Shown here piece by piece: positions 1-10,011 of a DNA stretch of 64,000 nucleotides; positions within the stretch are counted from its first letter, which is position 1; each line of letters opens with the position of its first letter. The stretch covers positions 38,051-102,050 of the forward strand of contig JACDDS010000004.1 of NCBI GenBank assembly GCA_013816805.1, read 5' to 3'. Source of the DNA: Chitinophagales bacterium. Lineage in GTDB: Bacteria; Bacteroidota; Bacteroidia; Chitinophagales; UBA10324. The position numbers and the translations under genes were made by a program. Below the pieces are notes generated by a model. That model saw nothing but the letters and a program-made list of their open reading frames with translations. It had not been told where the DNA came from and made no database searches.

Positions 1-734
1 TCCTGCGTCGTATTAGCTAAATAGCCAAGAGAATGTAAGCCCACCTTCAAATTTTCAGGAGAATGGCCGGCTATTTTCCCTGCTTCTCTGTAAAGATCAA
101 CCAGCGGACGAAATCGGTGTGTTTCACCACCTATAATTGCAACCATCAACGGCAACCCGAGAGTACCGGCTCTCACAAATGATTCTGGTGTACCACCTAC
201 ACCTAACCAAATAGGCAGGGGATTTTGAAAAGGCCTCGGGTAGATCGACTGATTCTTAAGTGCAGGGCGAAATTTTCCTGACCAGGTAACTATTTCATTG
301 TCCCGTATTTTTAGCAAAAGATCCAGTTTTTCAGAAAAGAGCTCATCATAATCCTGCAGGTTCAATCCAAACAGCGGAAAAGATTCTACAAAAGAACCTC
401 GGCCAACTACCATTTCTGCACGACCGTTTGATACCAAATCAAGCGTGGCAAAATTCTGAAATACACGTACAGGGTCGGCTGCACTAAGTACCGTTACTGC
501 ACTTGTAAGACGAATGCGTTTGGTGCGGGATGCCGCCGCGGCCAAAATGATTGTGGGCGCGGAATCAAGAAACTCTTTTCGGTGATGCTCACCAATGCCA
601 AACACTTCGAGACCGATAGAGTCTGCATGTTCTATTCTTTCGAGTAACTGCTGTATCGAATCTGCATTGTTTGTTGTATTACCAGAGTCTTTACCAGGCA
701 TTGCTGCGGCGAAGCTATCAATCCCAATTTCCAT
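1..734 (-). CDS. LLM-class (luciferase-like) flavin-dependent oxidoreductase, 3' end outside the window
   Basis: My own minus-strand translation from the ATG at 734..732 gives [16 protein letters not shown]...[71 protein letters not shown]... The frame stays open to position 1. It is missing from the ORF track because it runs off the edge. Confidence 0.7.
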   Translation of the reverse strand, partial: MEIGIDSFAAAMPGKDSGNTTNNADSIQQLLERIEHADSIGLEVFGIGEHHRKEFLDSAPTIILAAAASRTKRIRLTSAVTVLSAADPVRVFQNFATLDLVSNGRAEMVVGRGSFVESFPLFGLNLQDYDELFSEKLDLLLKIRDNEIVTWSGKFRPALKNQSIYPRPFQNPLPIWLGVGGTPESFVRAGTLGLPLMVAIIGGETHRFRPLVDLYREAGKIAGHSPENLKVGLHSLGYLANTTQ

Positions 735-1231
735 GCTATTTGTTTTAAATCTGCTTATTTGTGATGAAGCATATAAAGGACTGCATTGGAGTCAATTCAA
801 TACTGAAGTATTATTTTTTGTTCTCAATTCAACGAAGATCCCTTGCAAAAAAGAAAAACTTTTGCCACTTAATTAGAGCGCTTTCTTTATCTGGCATTTT
901 TTAATCTGTACAAGATGTGTGATACTTTTATAATTATGAAAATTTAATAAAATAGAAAATGAAATATTAAACCTTTCCGTTATAAACTGTCATACCATTA
1001 GAATTTTTAAATCTCCTTGCATGGCATTCCTTATCAATAAACGACGGATAGGAAATCAAATAGATTCAGCGGGAAGTTTGAAGTACTCAGATAATACATG
1101 CATAAATGTTTTCTGTTTCGCAAGTGGTCGCGGAGATTTGACAGTAGTAATCTTCTGGGTTAACTGTCATTCATCGTAAACATCAGCCAGATTGCTTATA
1201 AATAATATTCTCAAATGTCCTTCATTAAATG

Positions 1232-2449
1232 TTATTGCTCTTCTTCAATCTCAAACCCCAATTTCTTAATATCTTCCCAAAATCCGGGATATGATTTTTT
1301 TACTACATCAGGGTTTTCAATTTTTATTTTTTCAGACACCATCGCAAGCGGTGTGAATGCCATTGCCATTCGATGATCGAGATAAGTAGAAAAAGCGTAT
1401 TCGCATGGAACAAAATTGCCGGAAATATGAATCTCCTGGTCATTGCGCGCCATAGTAATTCCACACTTTTCTAATTCCTTTCGAAGTGCATCTTCACGGT
1501 CACTTTCTTTGTATTGGAGATGCTCAAGGCCAGTAAATGAAGCTTTCTGAGAAAGTCCTGCGCAGGTAACGAAAAGGGCTGGGGCGAGATCGGGCTGATC
1601 GTTAAGATCAAAATCAAAAACATTATTTGGTTTTGTTTTGGTAAGGTGAATTCTTGCATCACCATAAGTTGTTTTTACCCCGAAATTTTCAGTTAAAGCA
1701 GCGATTGCCGCATCTCCCTGGAAACTATTTTGAAGCAGCCCTATAAGTGTTAGGTCACATTTATCTGAAAACGCTGCCATCTCATAGTAATAAGAAGCAG
1801 CACTCCAGTCCGATTCAATATAAATATCTTTTGGCAGGTATTTTTGTGGGGGCACATGAATGATGTTGTCGCTATGAGTATGGTTTATTCCGAAGTGCTT
1901 CATCAGCGAAAGAGTCATTTCAATATAGGGTTCGGAAACAACATTACCGGTAAGCTCAATCGTTAAACCTTCTTCTAAACAAGGAGCTATCATAAGCAGC
2001 GCTGAAGCAAACTGACTGCTTATACCGGACTGAACGGCTACGCGCCCCCCCTTGATATTACCACCTGAAATTTTTAAGGGCGGATAATTTTCTTGTTCCA
2101 GGTATTCAATAGTTGCACCCAATTTACGAAGCGGCTTCACTAAATCAGAGATCGGGCGTTGCTTCATTCGCCGGCTTCCTGTTAAAATCCATTCGCCTTT
2201 TTTTATGGCAAGAAATGCAGTCATAAAACGGAAGGAAGTTCCGGCATCATGTGCATCGAAAGTTGCTCCTGAAGAACGCAGGAGCTGCTGCAACACTATG
2301 GTATCATTGGAATCGGAAAGATTTTTTTTGGTAATATCCGCTTTCATCAATGCCTCGATAATCAGCACGCGGTTACTGATACTTTTGGATCCACTCAGAT
2401 GGATGATCCCATTAATATTTTTATCTTTTTTTGAAATACAATACTTCAC
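1232..2449 (-). CDS. aroA: 3-phosphoshikimate 1-carboxyvinyltransferase (EPSP synthase)
   Basis: 405 aa. N-terminal LSGSKSISNRVLIIEAL and full-length resemblance to AroA. It is the last gene of an aromatic amino acid biosynthesis cluster. Confidence 0.95.
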   Translation of the reverse strand: MKYCISKKDKNINGIIHLSGSKSISNRVLIIEALMKADITKKNLSDSNDTIVLQQLLRSSGATFDAHDAGTSFRFMTAFLAIKKGEWILTGSRRMKQRPISDLVKPLRKLGATIEYLEQENYPPLKISGGNIKGGRVAVQSGISSQFASALLMIAPCLEEGLTIELTGNVVSEPYIEMTLSLMKHFGINHTHSDNIIHVPPQKYLPKDIYIESDWSAASYYYEMAAFSDKCDLTLIGLLQNSFQGDAAIAALTENFGVKTTYGDARIHLTKTKPNNVFDFDLNDQPDLAPALFVTCAGLSQKASFTGLEHLQYKESDREDALRKELEKCGITMARNDQEIHISGNFVPCEYAFSTYLDHRMAMAFTPLAMVSEKIKIENPDVVKKSYPGFWEDIKKLGFEIEEEQ

Positions 2450-2467
2450 GCAAGTACAGTCTATTAG

Positions 2468-3538
2468 TTATAAGCCTTTATTTAAAAATTTAATGGCATT
2501 ACTAATTTCTTCATCTTTTACTTCGACGTTAATTACCGGTTCGCCAATATTTTTTAATAATGAAAATTGAATTCGTCCATAGCTATTTTTCTTATCATGG
2601 AGCATCAGTTGTTGTAAATTTTCAGAAGCAATCCCTGCCAAATCGATCGGAGGGAAATGGCTTCGTATAAATGACACAACCTTATTCATTTTTTTTGGGG
2701 GGAACCCACAAACCTTTAGAGAAAGATACAGCTCGCCAATCATCCCTGCCGCCACACAATATCCATGCAGCGTTCTAATTCCTGTGCTTATCAGGGCGCT
2801 TTCCACAGCGTGACCAATGGTGTGACCGAAATTGAGAATTTTGCGCAACCCTTTTTCATTCGGATCTTTTTCAGTGACGGATAGTTTTATCTCTATGGAA
2901 TCAGAGACAATTTTTTTCCAATCGACATCTTGCAGTTTTTTTATTGCAGTTACCCGTTTCCAGAATTCACCACCGGAAAGAAGGCCATGTTTTATTACCT
3001 CTGCAAATCCATTCACAGTCTCTTCTAAAGGAAGTGTTTTCAGAAATTCTGTGTTCACAAAGGTCGCGGCAGGATTTTGGAAAATGCCGACCTGGTTTTT
3101 GTAATTAAGAAAATCAATTCCCTGCTTTCCTCCGTACGCTGCATCAACCTGGGCTAAAAGGGTAGTGGGTATATGTATAAAATTGATACCTCGCTTATAC
3201 GTTCCTGCAGCAAATCCACCCAAATCGCAAACTACACCACCTCCCAGGTTGATGAGTACTGCGTTTCGATCAGCATTAGTTTCTGTAAGCTCTTTCCAAA
3301 CCTGCTTTGCAGTATCCAGGTTTTTATGCTGTTCTCCGGAAGGTATTTCAATAACCACATGCTCATTAAAAGATTCGAAGACATTCAGGCAGGCAGGCAG
3401 GCAAAGCTTTGAAGTATTATCATCAACAAGGATAAAAAGTTTTGAATAATTTTTTTTTGTAAGAAAATTTAAAACCTCTTTTCGAAAATTTTTAGAAAAA
3501 ATATTTTTCCTGGTTTGGTTTTGTTTCACAGTAGCCAT
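2468..3538 (-). CDS. aroB: 3-dehydroquinate synthase
   Basis: 356 aa with the AroB nucleotide and metal motifs (LGGGVVCDLGGFAA, NFGHTIGHAVE). Sits between the DAHP synthase gene and aroA. Confidence 0.95.
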   Translation of the reverse strand: MATVKQNQTRKNIFSKNFRKEVLNFLTKKNYSKLFILVDDNTSKLCLPACLNVFESFNEHVVIEIPSGEQHKNLDTAKQVWKELTETNADRNAVLINLGGGVVCDLGGFAAGTYKRGINFIHIPTTLLAQVDAAYGGKQGIDFLNYKNQVGIFQNPAATFVNTEFLKTLPLEETVNGFAEVIKHGLLSGGEFWKRVTAIKKLQDVDWKKIVSDSIEIKLSVTEKDPNEKGLRKILNFGHTIGHAVESALISTGIRTLHGYCVAAGMIGELYLSLKVCGFPPKKMNKVVSFIRSHFPPIDLAGIASENLQQLMLHDKKNSYGRIQFSLLKNIGEPVINVEVKDEEISNAIKFLNKGL

Positions 3539-3611
3539 GTTCCTTTACAATTTCTAACTACTGTTAGAATCGGTTTAGGGAAAATCTAAAAAAAATATAA
3601 TTATTAAGTAT

Positions 3612-4742
3612 TTATGAACGCACCACTTCCCCTTTAGGCTGGTCTTTGCTTGTTATATTCATAATATCCACCTGTGTCCTGATTGATTCATCGTGGATTT
3701 GCATATATAGCTGCTTTACAAAATCACGTTTTAAACCCAGGTTTTCTCCCAATTCAAGCACTTTCTTTAGTACCTCTTCCCAGCGGCTTACCTGGAAAAC
3801 AATCACGTTATTATCGCGCTTCCAATCACCGATCTCTTTTGAAAGAAGCATACGCGAGGATAATGTTTGCAGCAGGTCTTCATCCAGCTCATTAATCTTA
3901 TCCCTTAACTCCTGCAATTTACTCTTCTCCGTTTCTTCTAGAGGATCCCGGATTACGAGATTGGAAATAATCTCGTACAGCCGATCCGGTGTAATCTGCT
4001 GACGGGCATCGCTGAGAGCTCTTAAAGGATCAATATGAGTTTCAATCATCAATCCATCGTAATGTAAATCCATGGCCTTTTGCGATACATGCGCAGTAAG
4101 GTGAGTATTTCCGCAAATATGACTGGGATCGCAAATCATTGGTAATTCAGGGCACATGGTTTTTAATTCAAGAGCTGTTTCCCATTGTGGCTGATTGCGA
4201 TATGCAGTAACTTCGTAGGAATGAAACCCGCGATGTACTGTTGCCATTTTTTTTATCCCTACGCGATTAAAACGTTCAAGAGCACCGATCCACAACTGAA
4301 GATCCGGGTAGGCAGGATTCTTTATAAGAACGGGAACATCAACCCCTCTTAAAGCATTCGCTAATTCCTGAACAGAAAATGGATTTACTGTAGTACGTGC
4401 GCCTATCCAAAGAATATCGATGCCGTTCTTAAGCGCTTTTTCGATGTGCATTGGGTTGGCAACTTCAGTGGTAAGCCAGGCACCTGTTTCTTCTTTCACC
4501 CGCTTCATCCAATCCAGTCCAATAACCCCTATTCCTTCAAACTGGCCAGGCCTGGTACGTGGCTTCCAAATTCCTGCGCGAAAAACAAACTGATTAAAAT
4601 ATTTTTTTATGCCGAGGGCAGTTTTAATCAACTGGTCTTCCGATTCAGCGCTGCAAGGGCCTGCAATAAGTACCGGCTTTGAGTCAAATGGAAGCCATTC
4701 CTGCAAAGGAATAAGTTCAAGTTCTAATCGTTTTGTGCTCAT
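3612..4742 (-). CDS. bifunctional 3-deoxy-7-phosphoheptulonate (DAHP) synthase / chorismate mutase type II
   Basis: 376 aa. The N-terminal ~270 aa look like a KdsA-like type I-beta DAHP synthase (LIAGPCSAESEDQ, CDPSH). The C-terminal ~90 aa is a helical chorismate mutase domain (LRDKINELDEDLLQTLSSRM). Its start overlaps the pheA stop as ATGA. Confidence 0.9.
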   Translation of the reverse strand: MSTKRLELELIPLQEWLPFDSKPVLIAGPCSAESEDQLIKTALGIKKYFNQFVFRAGIWKPRTRPGQFEGIGVIGLDWMKRVKEETGAWLTTEVANPMHIEKALKNGIDILWIGARTTVNPFSVQELANALRGVDVPVLIKNPAYPDLQLWIGALERFNRVGIKKMATVHRGFHSYEVTAYRNQPQWETALELKTMCPELPMICDPSHICGNTHLTAHVSQKAMDLHYDGLMIETHIDPLRALSDARQQITPDRLYEIISNLVIRDPLEETEKSKLQELRDKINELDEDLLQTLSSRMLLSKEIGDWKRDNNVIVFQVSRWEEVLKKVLELGENLGLKRDFVKQLYMQIHDESIRTQVDIMNITSKDQPKGEVVRS

Positions 4743-5578
4743 GATTTTGCATTTGTAAAATTTCCCTTTCGGTATTCACCTAATATAGAAAGATTGAAAG
4801 TTTTTTTCAGCACTCGTGTTATTGCCTTCTCATAATTTGCATACTTATCCCATTCCAAATCCACCAGAAAAATATATTCATTTGGCCTTCCTACGATTGG
4901 TATGCTTTGAATTTTTGTCATGTTGATCCAGTAATCGCCAAAGATATCAACTACTTTCATCAGGCTTCGTGGCGAATTATCCAGCTGGAAACTGATAGAT
5001 GCTTTGTTGGCTTCTGAAATTTTGATATTCTTATCTGTCAGAACAAGAAAACGGGTGTAATTTTTTTTGTGAGTTTCTATGTTACTGTTAAGGATTGTCA
5101 TTCCAAAGGTTTCGGCGGCAGCATCGCCAGCAATCACAGCAGTAGTTGTCAGGTTCTTTTCCCTGACATTTTTTGCACATTCTGCAGTATCATTTAAGGC
5201 AACCACTTTTTTATCCGGATATCGCATTAAAAATTCTTCACATTGCCGGATAGCCATAGGGTGGGAGTGAATGAATTCTATTTCCTCAATCCGGACACCA
5301 TTCAGGCCCATCAGGTGCAATTCAATATGCAGGTACGCTTCACCTATAATTCGAAGCTTATAATCGGTAATAAGATTGTAATTAGTGAGGATGGTACCTG
5401 CTATGGAATTTTCAATTGCCATCACACAGTAATCCGCTTCATTTTCAATAAGTTTTTCGCATGAAAGCCTGAAGCTGTTACATTCTACCAGCTCTATGTC
5501 ACGACCAAAAAACTTTCTTGCAGCAACATCATGAAAGGATGCTTCTATGCCTTGAATTGAAACTTTCTTTTTTCGCAT
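4739..5578 (-). CDS. pheA: prephenate dehydratase
   Basis: 279 aa with a PDT domain followed by an ACT domain (TRFLVL, SLMKVVDIF). It is the first gene of the aro cluster. Confidence 0.9.
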   Translation of the reverse strand: MRKKKVSIQGIEASFHDVAARKFFGRDIELVECNSFRLSCEKLIENEADYCVMAIENSIAGTILTNYNLITDYKLRIIGEAYLHIELHLMGLNGVRIEEIEFIHSHPMAIRQCEEFLMRYPDKKVVALNDTAECAKNVREKNLTTTAVIAGDAAAETFGMTILNSNIETHKKNYTRFLVLTDKNIKISEANKASISFQLDNSPRSLMKVVDIFGDYWINMTKIQSIPIVGRPNEYIFLVDLEWDKYANYEKAITRVLKKTFNLSILGEYRKGNFTNAKS

Positions 5579-5652
5579 CTGGTTAAAATATTGCTGGCAA
5601 CAAAGGTAATTGAAAATGTGAACGAAGAAAGAAAAAGCCGATGAAACGTGCG

Positions 5653-5708
5653 CGGGATAAGGGTTTTAACTAACAAAGGTTAGTTTGCAATCCTATCCGT
5701 ATTTTTTT
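5653..5708 (+). terminator. imperfect long hairpin followed by a T7 run, in the pheA/TraB divergent spacer
   Basis: The inner stem AACTAAC(5668-5674)/GTTAGTT(5679-5685) has 7 bp and a 4-nt loop. The outer stem pairs CGGGATAAGG with CCTATCCG and has two bulges. ATTTTTTT follows at 5701-5708. No plus-strand gene lies upstream, so its function is unclear. Confidence 0.35.
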
Positions 5709-5831
5709 GATGGTGTTAATATAAAGATGAAAGCAATGATCTACAAAAACATGGATTCATATATTCAAAGCATCAAAACAGCGTTCGTAGATTACCTTCG
5801 CGGTTTATAGTTTTAAGTTAAATCAGGCCTA

Positions 5832-7202
5832 ATGAAGAAGCTATCACATTGTAAGTTTAAAGTATGTAAGTTTCAATCTATATTGTCTTTATTTTCCCTT
5901 TATCTTCTGATAGGTTCTTGCTGCGTGGCACAGGGAAATTCCTTATTGTGGGAAATTTCAGGTAATGGGATTCATTCACCTTCATACCTGTATGGCACTA
6001 TGCATTCCCGCGACAACCGGGTATTCCATTTGGCCGATTCAGTGATGATAAAGTTCGAAAAATGCGAGGCCTTTGCTATGGAAGTCGTAATAGACAATGC
6101 ACTGCAGGGAAAAGTGATGGATGCAATTTTAATGGATTCATCCCATTCCTTGATCCGATTATTGAATGAAGCCCAGTTTGATTCAGTGGATGCTTACTGT
6201 AAAAAAAACTTTGGATATAGCATCTCATTTTTCAATAAGGTAAAACCAATATATACAGCTGTATTGTTATCACAGGCAGAAAGTGAAGACAATGACTCGC
6301 TGCATGCGAAGAAATTACTTTTCCTGGATCAGTATTTACAAACTATGGCGATGCACCAGCATAAAAAAATTTATGGACTGGAGACAGCAGAAGAACAGCT
6401 TCTTATTTTTGATGCACTCAGTTATAAAGATCAGGCTTGCATCCTGATGCAAACAATCCGGAAAACAGGAAGTGATGTTTCCGAATATGAAGAGATGATG
6501 AAATATTACACAGGTAATAATTTAGTAAAGATGATGGAGTTTGAAAATGACTTTTCATTACCCGATACCTTATTTAATGCATTGTTTACGCGGCGAAACC
6601 ACCGCATGTGTGAGCACATTGATAGTATAATAAAGAGCTTTAGCACATTCATAGCCGTTGGCGCCGGACACCTTGGGGGTGAGAAAGGTTTGGTGAGCCT
6701 GCTTCGTGAAAAAGGATTTACTGTTATTCCTGTAATCCCTTCGTATAAAAATTATTTAGAAACCGGATGGTATCAGTTTACATCTCCGCAAAATCTTTTT
6801 ACTATTCAATTTCCGGAGCCACCGGAATTAACAGTTGACCGGCGGGATTCTTTAGATCTGTTTCTTTACACAAGCCCTATTGCTGTCACAGAGAAGAGTA
6901 ATTTATATTCCGTTTATATAATCAATTATACGAATATTAAGCCGGACTCTGAAAAATTTTTCTTTGAAAACCCTTCTGCGTTATTCCCGGATGAAACGGT
7001 TATTCCGGGGCACGTTGAGAAAATATTATGGAATGATTGGCCTGCCCGTTCAACTACCTATGTTATGAAGGGCGGAAAAATGATCACTGTTCTGGCGATT
7101 CAGATGAAAAACAAATTAGTAATACTAAAGGCAGAAGACACAAAGAAGATTACAAGGTTAAACCGGGAGCGTTTTTATAATTCATTTAAACTGGTCTCTT
7201 GA
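5832..7202 (+). CDS. TraB/GumN family protein with a ~150-aa C-terminal extension
   Basis: 456 aa. A signal-like N-terminus is followed by LLWEISGNG...SYLYGTMH, the typical TraB/GumN family opening, and later GAGHLGGEKGL. Confidence 0.75.
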   Translation: MKKLSHCKFKVCKFQSILSLFSLYLLIGSCCVAQGNSLLWEISGNGIHSPSYLYGTMHSRDNRVFHLADSVMIKFEKCEAFAMEVVIDNALQGKVMDAILMDSSHSLIRLLNEAQFDSVDAYCKKNFGYSISFFNKVKPIYTAVLLSQAESEDNDSLHAKKLLFLDQYLQTMAMHQHKKIYGLETAEEQLLIFDALSYKDQACILMQTIRKTGSDVSEYEEMMKYYTGNNLVKMMEFENDFSLPDTLFNALFTRRNHRMCEHIDSIIKSFSTFIAVGAGHLGGEKGLVSLLREKGFTVIPVIPSYKNYLETGWYQFTSPQNLFTIQFPEPPELTVDRRDSLDLFLYTSPIAVTEKSNLYSVYIINYTNIKPDSEKFFFENPSALFPDETVIPGHVEKILWNDWPARSTTYVMKGGKMITVLAIQMKNKLVILKAEDTKKITRLNRERFYNSFKLVS

Positions 7203-8191
7203 GGCTGCCTGCTGAGGAAGCTTCTGAATTTTTAACGCACGGTAAAGTTATAGCCGTTCCCACTGAAACCGTGTACGGATTGGCCGCGCTCGCAACAAAT
7301 CCGCAGGCAATAGCTAAGGTTTTTGAAATTAAAAACCGCCCGGCAGATAATCCGCTGATATGCCATTTTTATTCCCTTGAACAAATAGAAAAATTTGCTG
7401 CATCTATTTCCGGTAATACCAGATTTTTGATTAAACACTTTTCCCCCGGACCAATCAGCTACCTGATTGATTTACCCTCAGAGTCACCCCTCTTCTTTGC
7501 AACCTGCGGCAGGAAACAAATGATTGCGCGTATCCCGGATCATCCGGTCTTTCTTACTATACTAAAAAAGATAAATGTGCCTCTTGCAGCGCCAAGCGCA
7601 AATACTTCAGGAAGAGTTTCGCCTACTTCGATTGAAATGGTAGAAAAAGATTTAGGTAACAATATTGATGGCTCAGTTGATGGCGGTTATTCAAAAATTG
7701 GCTTAGAATCCACTATCATAGATGCACGCTCAGTAAATCAAATTATTATACTTCGCCCGGGAGCTATTGGTGAAACAGAAATACAAACCATTTTACCCGA
7801 TGTTTCTATACAAAGGGTTACTTCAGCCAATAGTGCCGAAGCAACGCCCGGATCCAGGTATACACATTATGCCCCAAAAACGCCGATCTATTGGTTACCT
7901 GAGGAACACCGACTTGTTTCAAATGCCATAATACTTCACACAGATGAACAGTTAAAAGATTTTAAATCTGAACAGGGAAAATATTTTTCTAAAAATAATA
8001 TACACCTGGTAAGCCTTGGTTCAGTAAACAATTTACCAGAACTTGCACAGCATTTTTATGAACGCTTGTCTTCCATTGATTTATTGCAGTTGCCAATAGC
8101 ATTCATGCTTAAAGTCAATTGGGGAAACTCTTCACTAAGCAAAGCAATAGAAAACAGGATGGACAAAATAATTCAGCATTCGGAATTTTAA
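7199..8191 (+). CDS. tsaC: L-threonylcarbamoyladenylate synthase (Sua5/YwlC type, YrdC + Sua5 domains)
   Basis: 330 aa with VIAVPTETVYGLAA, NRPADNPLICH and APSANTSG motifs. The TTG start overlaps the upstream stop as TTGA. Confidence 0.9.
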   Translation: MRLPAEEASEFLTHGKVIAVPTETVYGLAALATNPQAIAKVFEIKNRPADNPLICHFYSLEQIEKFAASISGNTRFLIKHFSPGPISYLIDLPSESPLFFATCGRKQMIARIPDHPVFLTILKKINVPLAAPSANTSGRVSPTSIEMVEKDLGNNIDGSVDGGYSKIGLESTIIDARSVNQIIILRPGAIGETEIQTILPDVSIQRVTSANSAEATPGSRYTHYAPKTPIYWLPEEHRLVSNAIILHTDEQLKDFKSEQGKYFSKNNIHLVSLGSVNNLPELAQHFYERLSSIDLLQLPIAFMLKVNWGNSSLSKAIENRMDKIIQHSEF

Positions 8192-8221
8192 TCCCGAAAC
8201 GACTTATGCTTCATTTGAGTA

Positions 8222-9085
8222 TTATTCTTCATGAAAAATTCCTTCATTTACCCAAAAATAACTCCATGTGCCGCCGGATGCGGTGCTCCAATCATTAAGA
8301 TTGAAAGAACCATTTCCATTCAATGCATTTTCAATTTTATAAATTTTTACCGCCTGGCTATTCCTGTTCCAGGTAAGCTTGGTGTTAGGTTGACATACTT
8401 CCGGTCCTAAATCAGTTTTTTGCAGAAAGAAAGCAGTTCCGTTTCCATAGCCAAAAACAGTAGCGATATTATTCGCATCAATGCACACTGCTGTTTCTTC
8501 CTCTACGCCGATACCTTTAGCATTCATACTCCAATCCTGTACCATCCGCGCAAGGAAAACAGTATGCCGCCCCTTGCGATCCGGATTATCGTAATGGGTA
8601 TCGGTGATGGTTTGCTGCAGTATGGGAATATCAATAAAATCATCTCTGCCTAATGTTACTCTCCTGTCGTAAGGATTATTAAGGGCCTGCGAAGAAGTGA
8701 CCGTGCCATATTGTGCCGAAAAATAAACATGGCCGAGGATGGCGCAACCTGCACTCGTACCACCGACAGGCACATGCCTGGTGTTAATCAAATAATTAAT
8801 TGCATCTTCTACTTTGGTATTTTTCCAAAATTTTACATAGTCCCACTGGTCGCCTCCGGCAATAAAAAGTGCCTCTGCATTTTTTATTTTTGATTCGATA
8901 GATGGTTTATTGGCCATTTCTATGGAGGTGATAATAATGGTTTCTACTGAGTTTACCTTACCGAGGTTATAGATATAATCGTTATAGGCATCGGTTCCCG
9001 TTGCGCGTATCACTACAAAGTCTCCACCACCGCTGCGGTCAATCATCCATTCAAACGCTTCATCTACATCGGTGCTTCCACCCAT
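8222..9085 (-). CDS. peptidase S51 / cyanophycinase-like (type 1 glutamine amidotransferase-like fold) protein, main fragment of a split gene
   Basis: 287 aa with GGSTDVDEAFEWM...GGGDFVVIRATG...FIAGGDQW...GGTSAGCAILG. It has no signal peptide of its own. The upstream 72-aa ORF supplies one in another frame. Confidence 0.7.
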   Translation of the reverse strand: MGGSTDVDEAFEWMIDRSGGGDFVVIRATGTDAYNDYIYNLGKVNSVETIIITSIEMANKPSIESKIKNAEALFIAGGDQWDYVKFWKNTKVEDAINYLINTRHVPVGGTSAGCAILGHVYFSAQYGTVTSSQALNNPYDRRVTLGRDDFIDIPILQQTITDTHYDNPDRKGRHTVFLARMVQDWSMNAKGIGVEEETAVCIDANNIATVFGYGNGTAFFLQKTDLGPEVCQPNTKLTWNRNSQAVKIYKIENALNGNGSFNLNDWSTASGGTWSYFWVNEGIFHEE

Positions 9086-9303
9086 TAAACAAAGCCACTC
9101 TGAGTGGTGGTTTGCACATTGGCAGGATCACCTTTAATGAGTGCTTTCTCAGTGGTTTGGGGTATTAACGTTGATTTATTGAAAGGTTGTGAAACGGGTA
9201 TCCTGGATTTATAAACAGGCAATTCATCTTTTTTGCAGCTGATTAATGAAGTAAGGAGCAGCAAAAAAAGTGGAATTATTTTTTTTATGGTTAAAGTCCC
9301 CAT
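9085..9303 (-). CDS. lipoprotein signal-peptide fragment belonging to the downstream S51-like gene (frameshift)
   Basis: MGTLTIKKIIPLFLLLLTSLISCKKDE is a lipobox-type signal. The ORF ends ...SGFV-TAA, and that stop overlaps the next ATG by 1 nt (TAATG). Confidence 0.5.
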   Translation of the reverse strand: MGTLTIKKIIPLFLLLLTSLISCKKDELPVYKSRIPVSQPFNKSTLIPQTTEKALIKGDPANVQTTTQSGFV

Positions 9304-9420
9304 ATAAAGTATTATAAATAAGTCTCACGCATCGATTATATAATACCTTTTTAAGTCGCTAGCTCGCCGATAAGAATCTCCATTCATTTTATTTCTCAAA
9401 TAAAAGCTGCAGGTAATATG

Positions 9421-9762
9421 CTACTTTCTTTTTTTAGTGGCTTTAGCTGCTACGTTGAAGTCAAGAGCAAGACTGATCCAATAATTTAAATCTTTTTTTG
9501 ATTTCATTCCTTCTTTACTGATAAGTACCCATCCTTTGTATTCCCGTCCCCGCATTTTTACTGTTCTGCAACCTTTCTTTTCTACTGCTGCATTGTGCAA
9601 AGCGGGATCAATGCGGCACATTATTTCATCATCACCAACGCTTATACACATTTTTCCATTTACCATAAAAGCGATGCCCCTAAACATTCTTTTTTCTTCT
9701 ACATTTAAAATGCCGGTAAGTGCTTCTCTTACTCTTGTAGCAAGCTTTGGATTATATGCCAT
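9421..9762 (-). CDS. TfoX/Sxy N-terminal domain protein
   Basis: 113 aa. The pattern RVREAL...EKRMFRGIAFMVNGKMC...RIDP matches TfoX N-terminal domain proteins. Confidence 0.7.
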   Translation of the reverse strand: MAYNPKLATRVREALTGILNVEEKRMFRGIAFMVNGKMCISVGDDEIMCRIDPALHNAAVEKKGCRTVKMRGREYKGWVLISKEGMKSKKDLNYWISLALDFNVAAKATKKRK

Positions 9763-9825
9763 AGAGCCGTCTTACTAATGATCCGGAATGTTGAAGCCAT
9801 AAGAATCGTTCCCAGGAAAGTTTCG

Positions 9826-9899
9826 TGATCCCGATGCGATTCGAACGCATGGCCCACAGCTTAGAAGGCTGTTGCTCTATCCAACTGAGCTACGGGACC
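9826..9899 (-). tRNA. tRNA-Arg (anticodon TCT)
   Basis: A 74-nt cloverleaf folded by hand. Acceptor GGTCCCG/CGGGATC (one G-U pair), D arm GCTC-AGTTGGATA-GAGC, anticodon arm ACAGC-CTTCTAA-GCTGT, T arm ATGCG-TTCGAAT-CGCAT, discriminator A. Confidence 0.9.
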
Positions 9900-10011
9900 A
9901 AAAGGAAAAAATAGGAAAAACACGAGTGTACATTTCCAAAGAATGGTATTTTTTCCAGCCTTCTTAATAAATTAAGCGTCACTTTTTACCGTACAATTCC
10001 TAGGAAAAATG

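Noticed and set aside
2205-2570. Track ORFs antisense to or out of frame with strong genes: 595-876, 2205-2570, 3646-4002, 21960-22286, 28883-29344, 38689-39071, 41851-42204, 53767-54105 and 61431-61745, among others.
   Set aside because: Each is fully embedded in a longer ORF with clear family resemblance. They have low-complexity or odd composition and no recognisable motifs.
5579-5690. A Phe-rich reading frame upstream of pheA (…TFHRLFLSSFTFSITFV…) as a possible Phe attenuator leader peptide.
   Set aside because: It has no ATG or GVG start and only a TTG inside the hairpin. The frame is T-rich simply because the strand is T-rich, and it runs into pheA out of frame. The hairpin itself is kept as a finding.
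9826-9899. tRNA-Arg(TCT) as the attachment site of an integrated element.
   Set aside because: I found no second copy of the tRNA 3' end in the window and no integrase. The neighbours (TfoX-domain gene, cold-shock gene, lepA) look like core genes.
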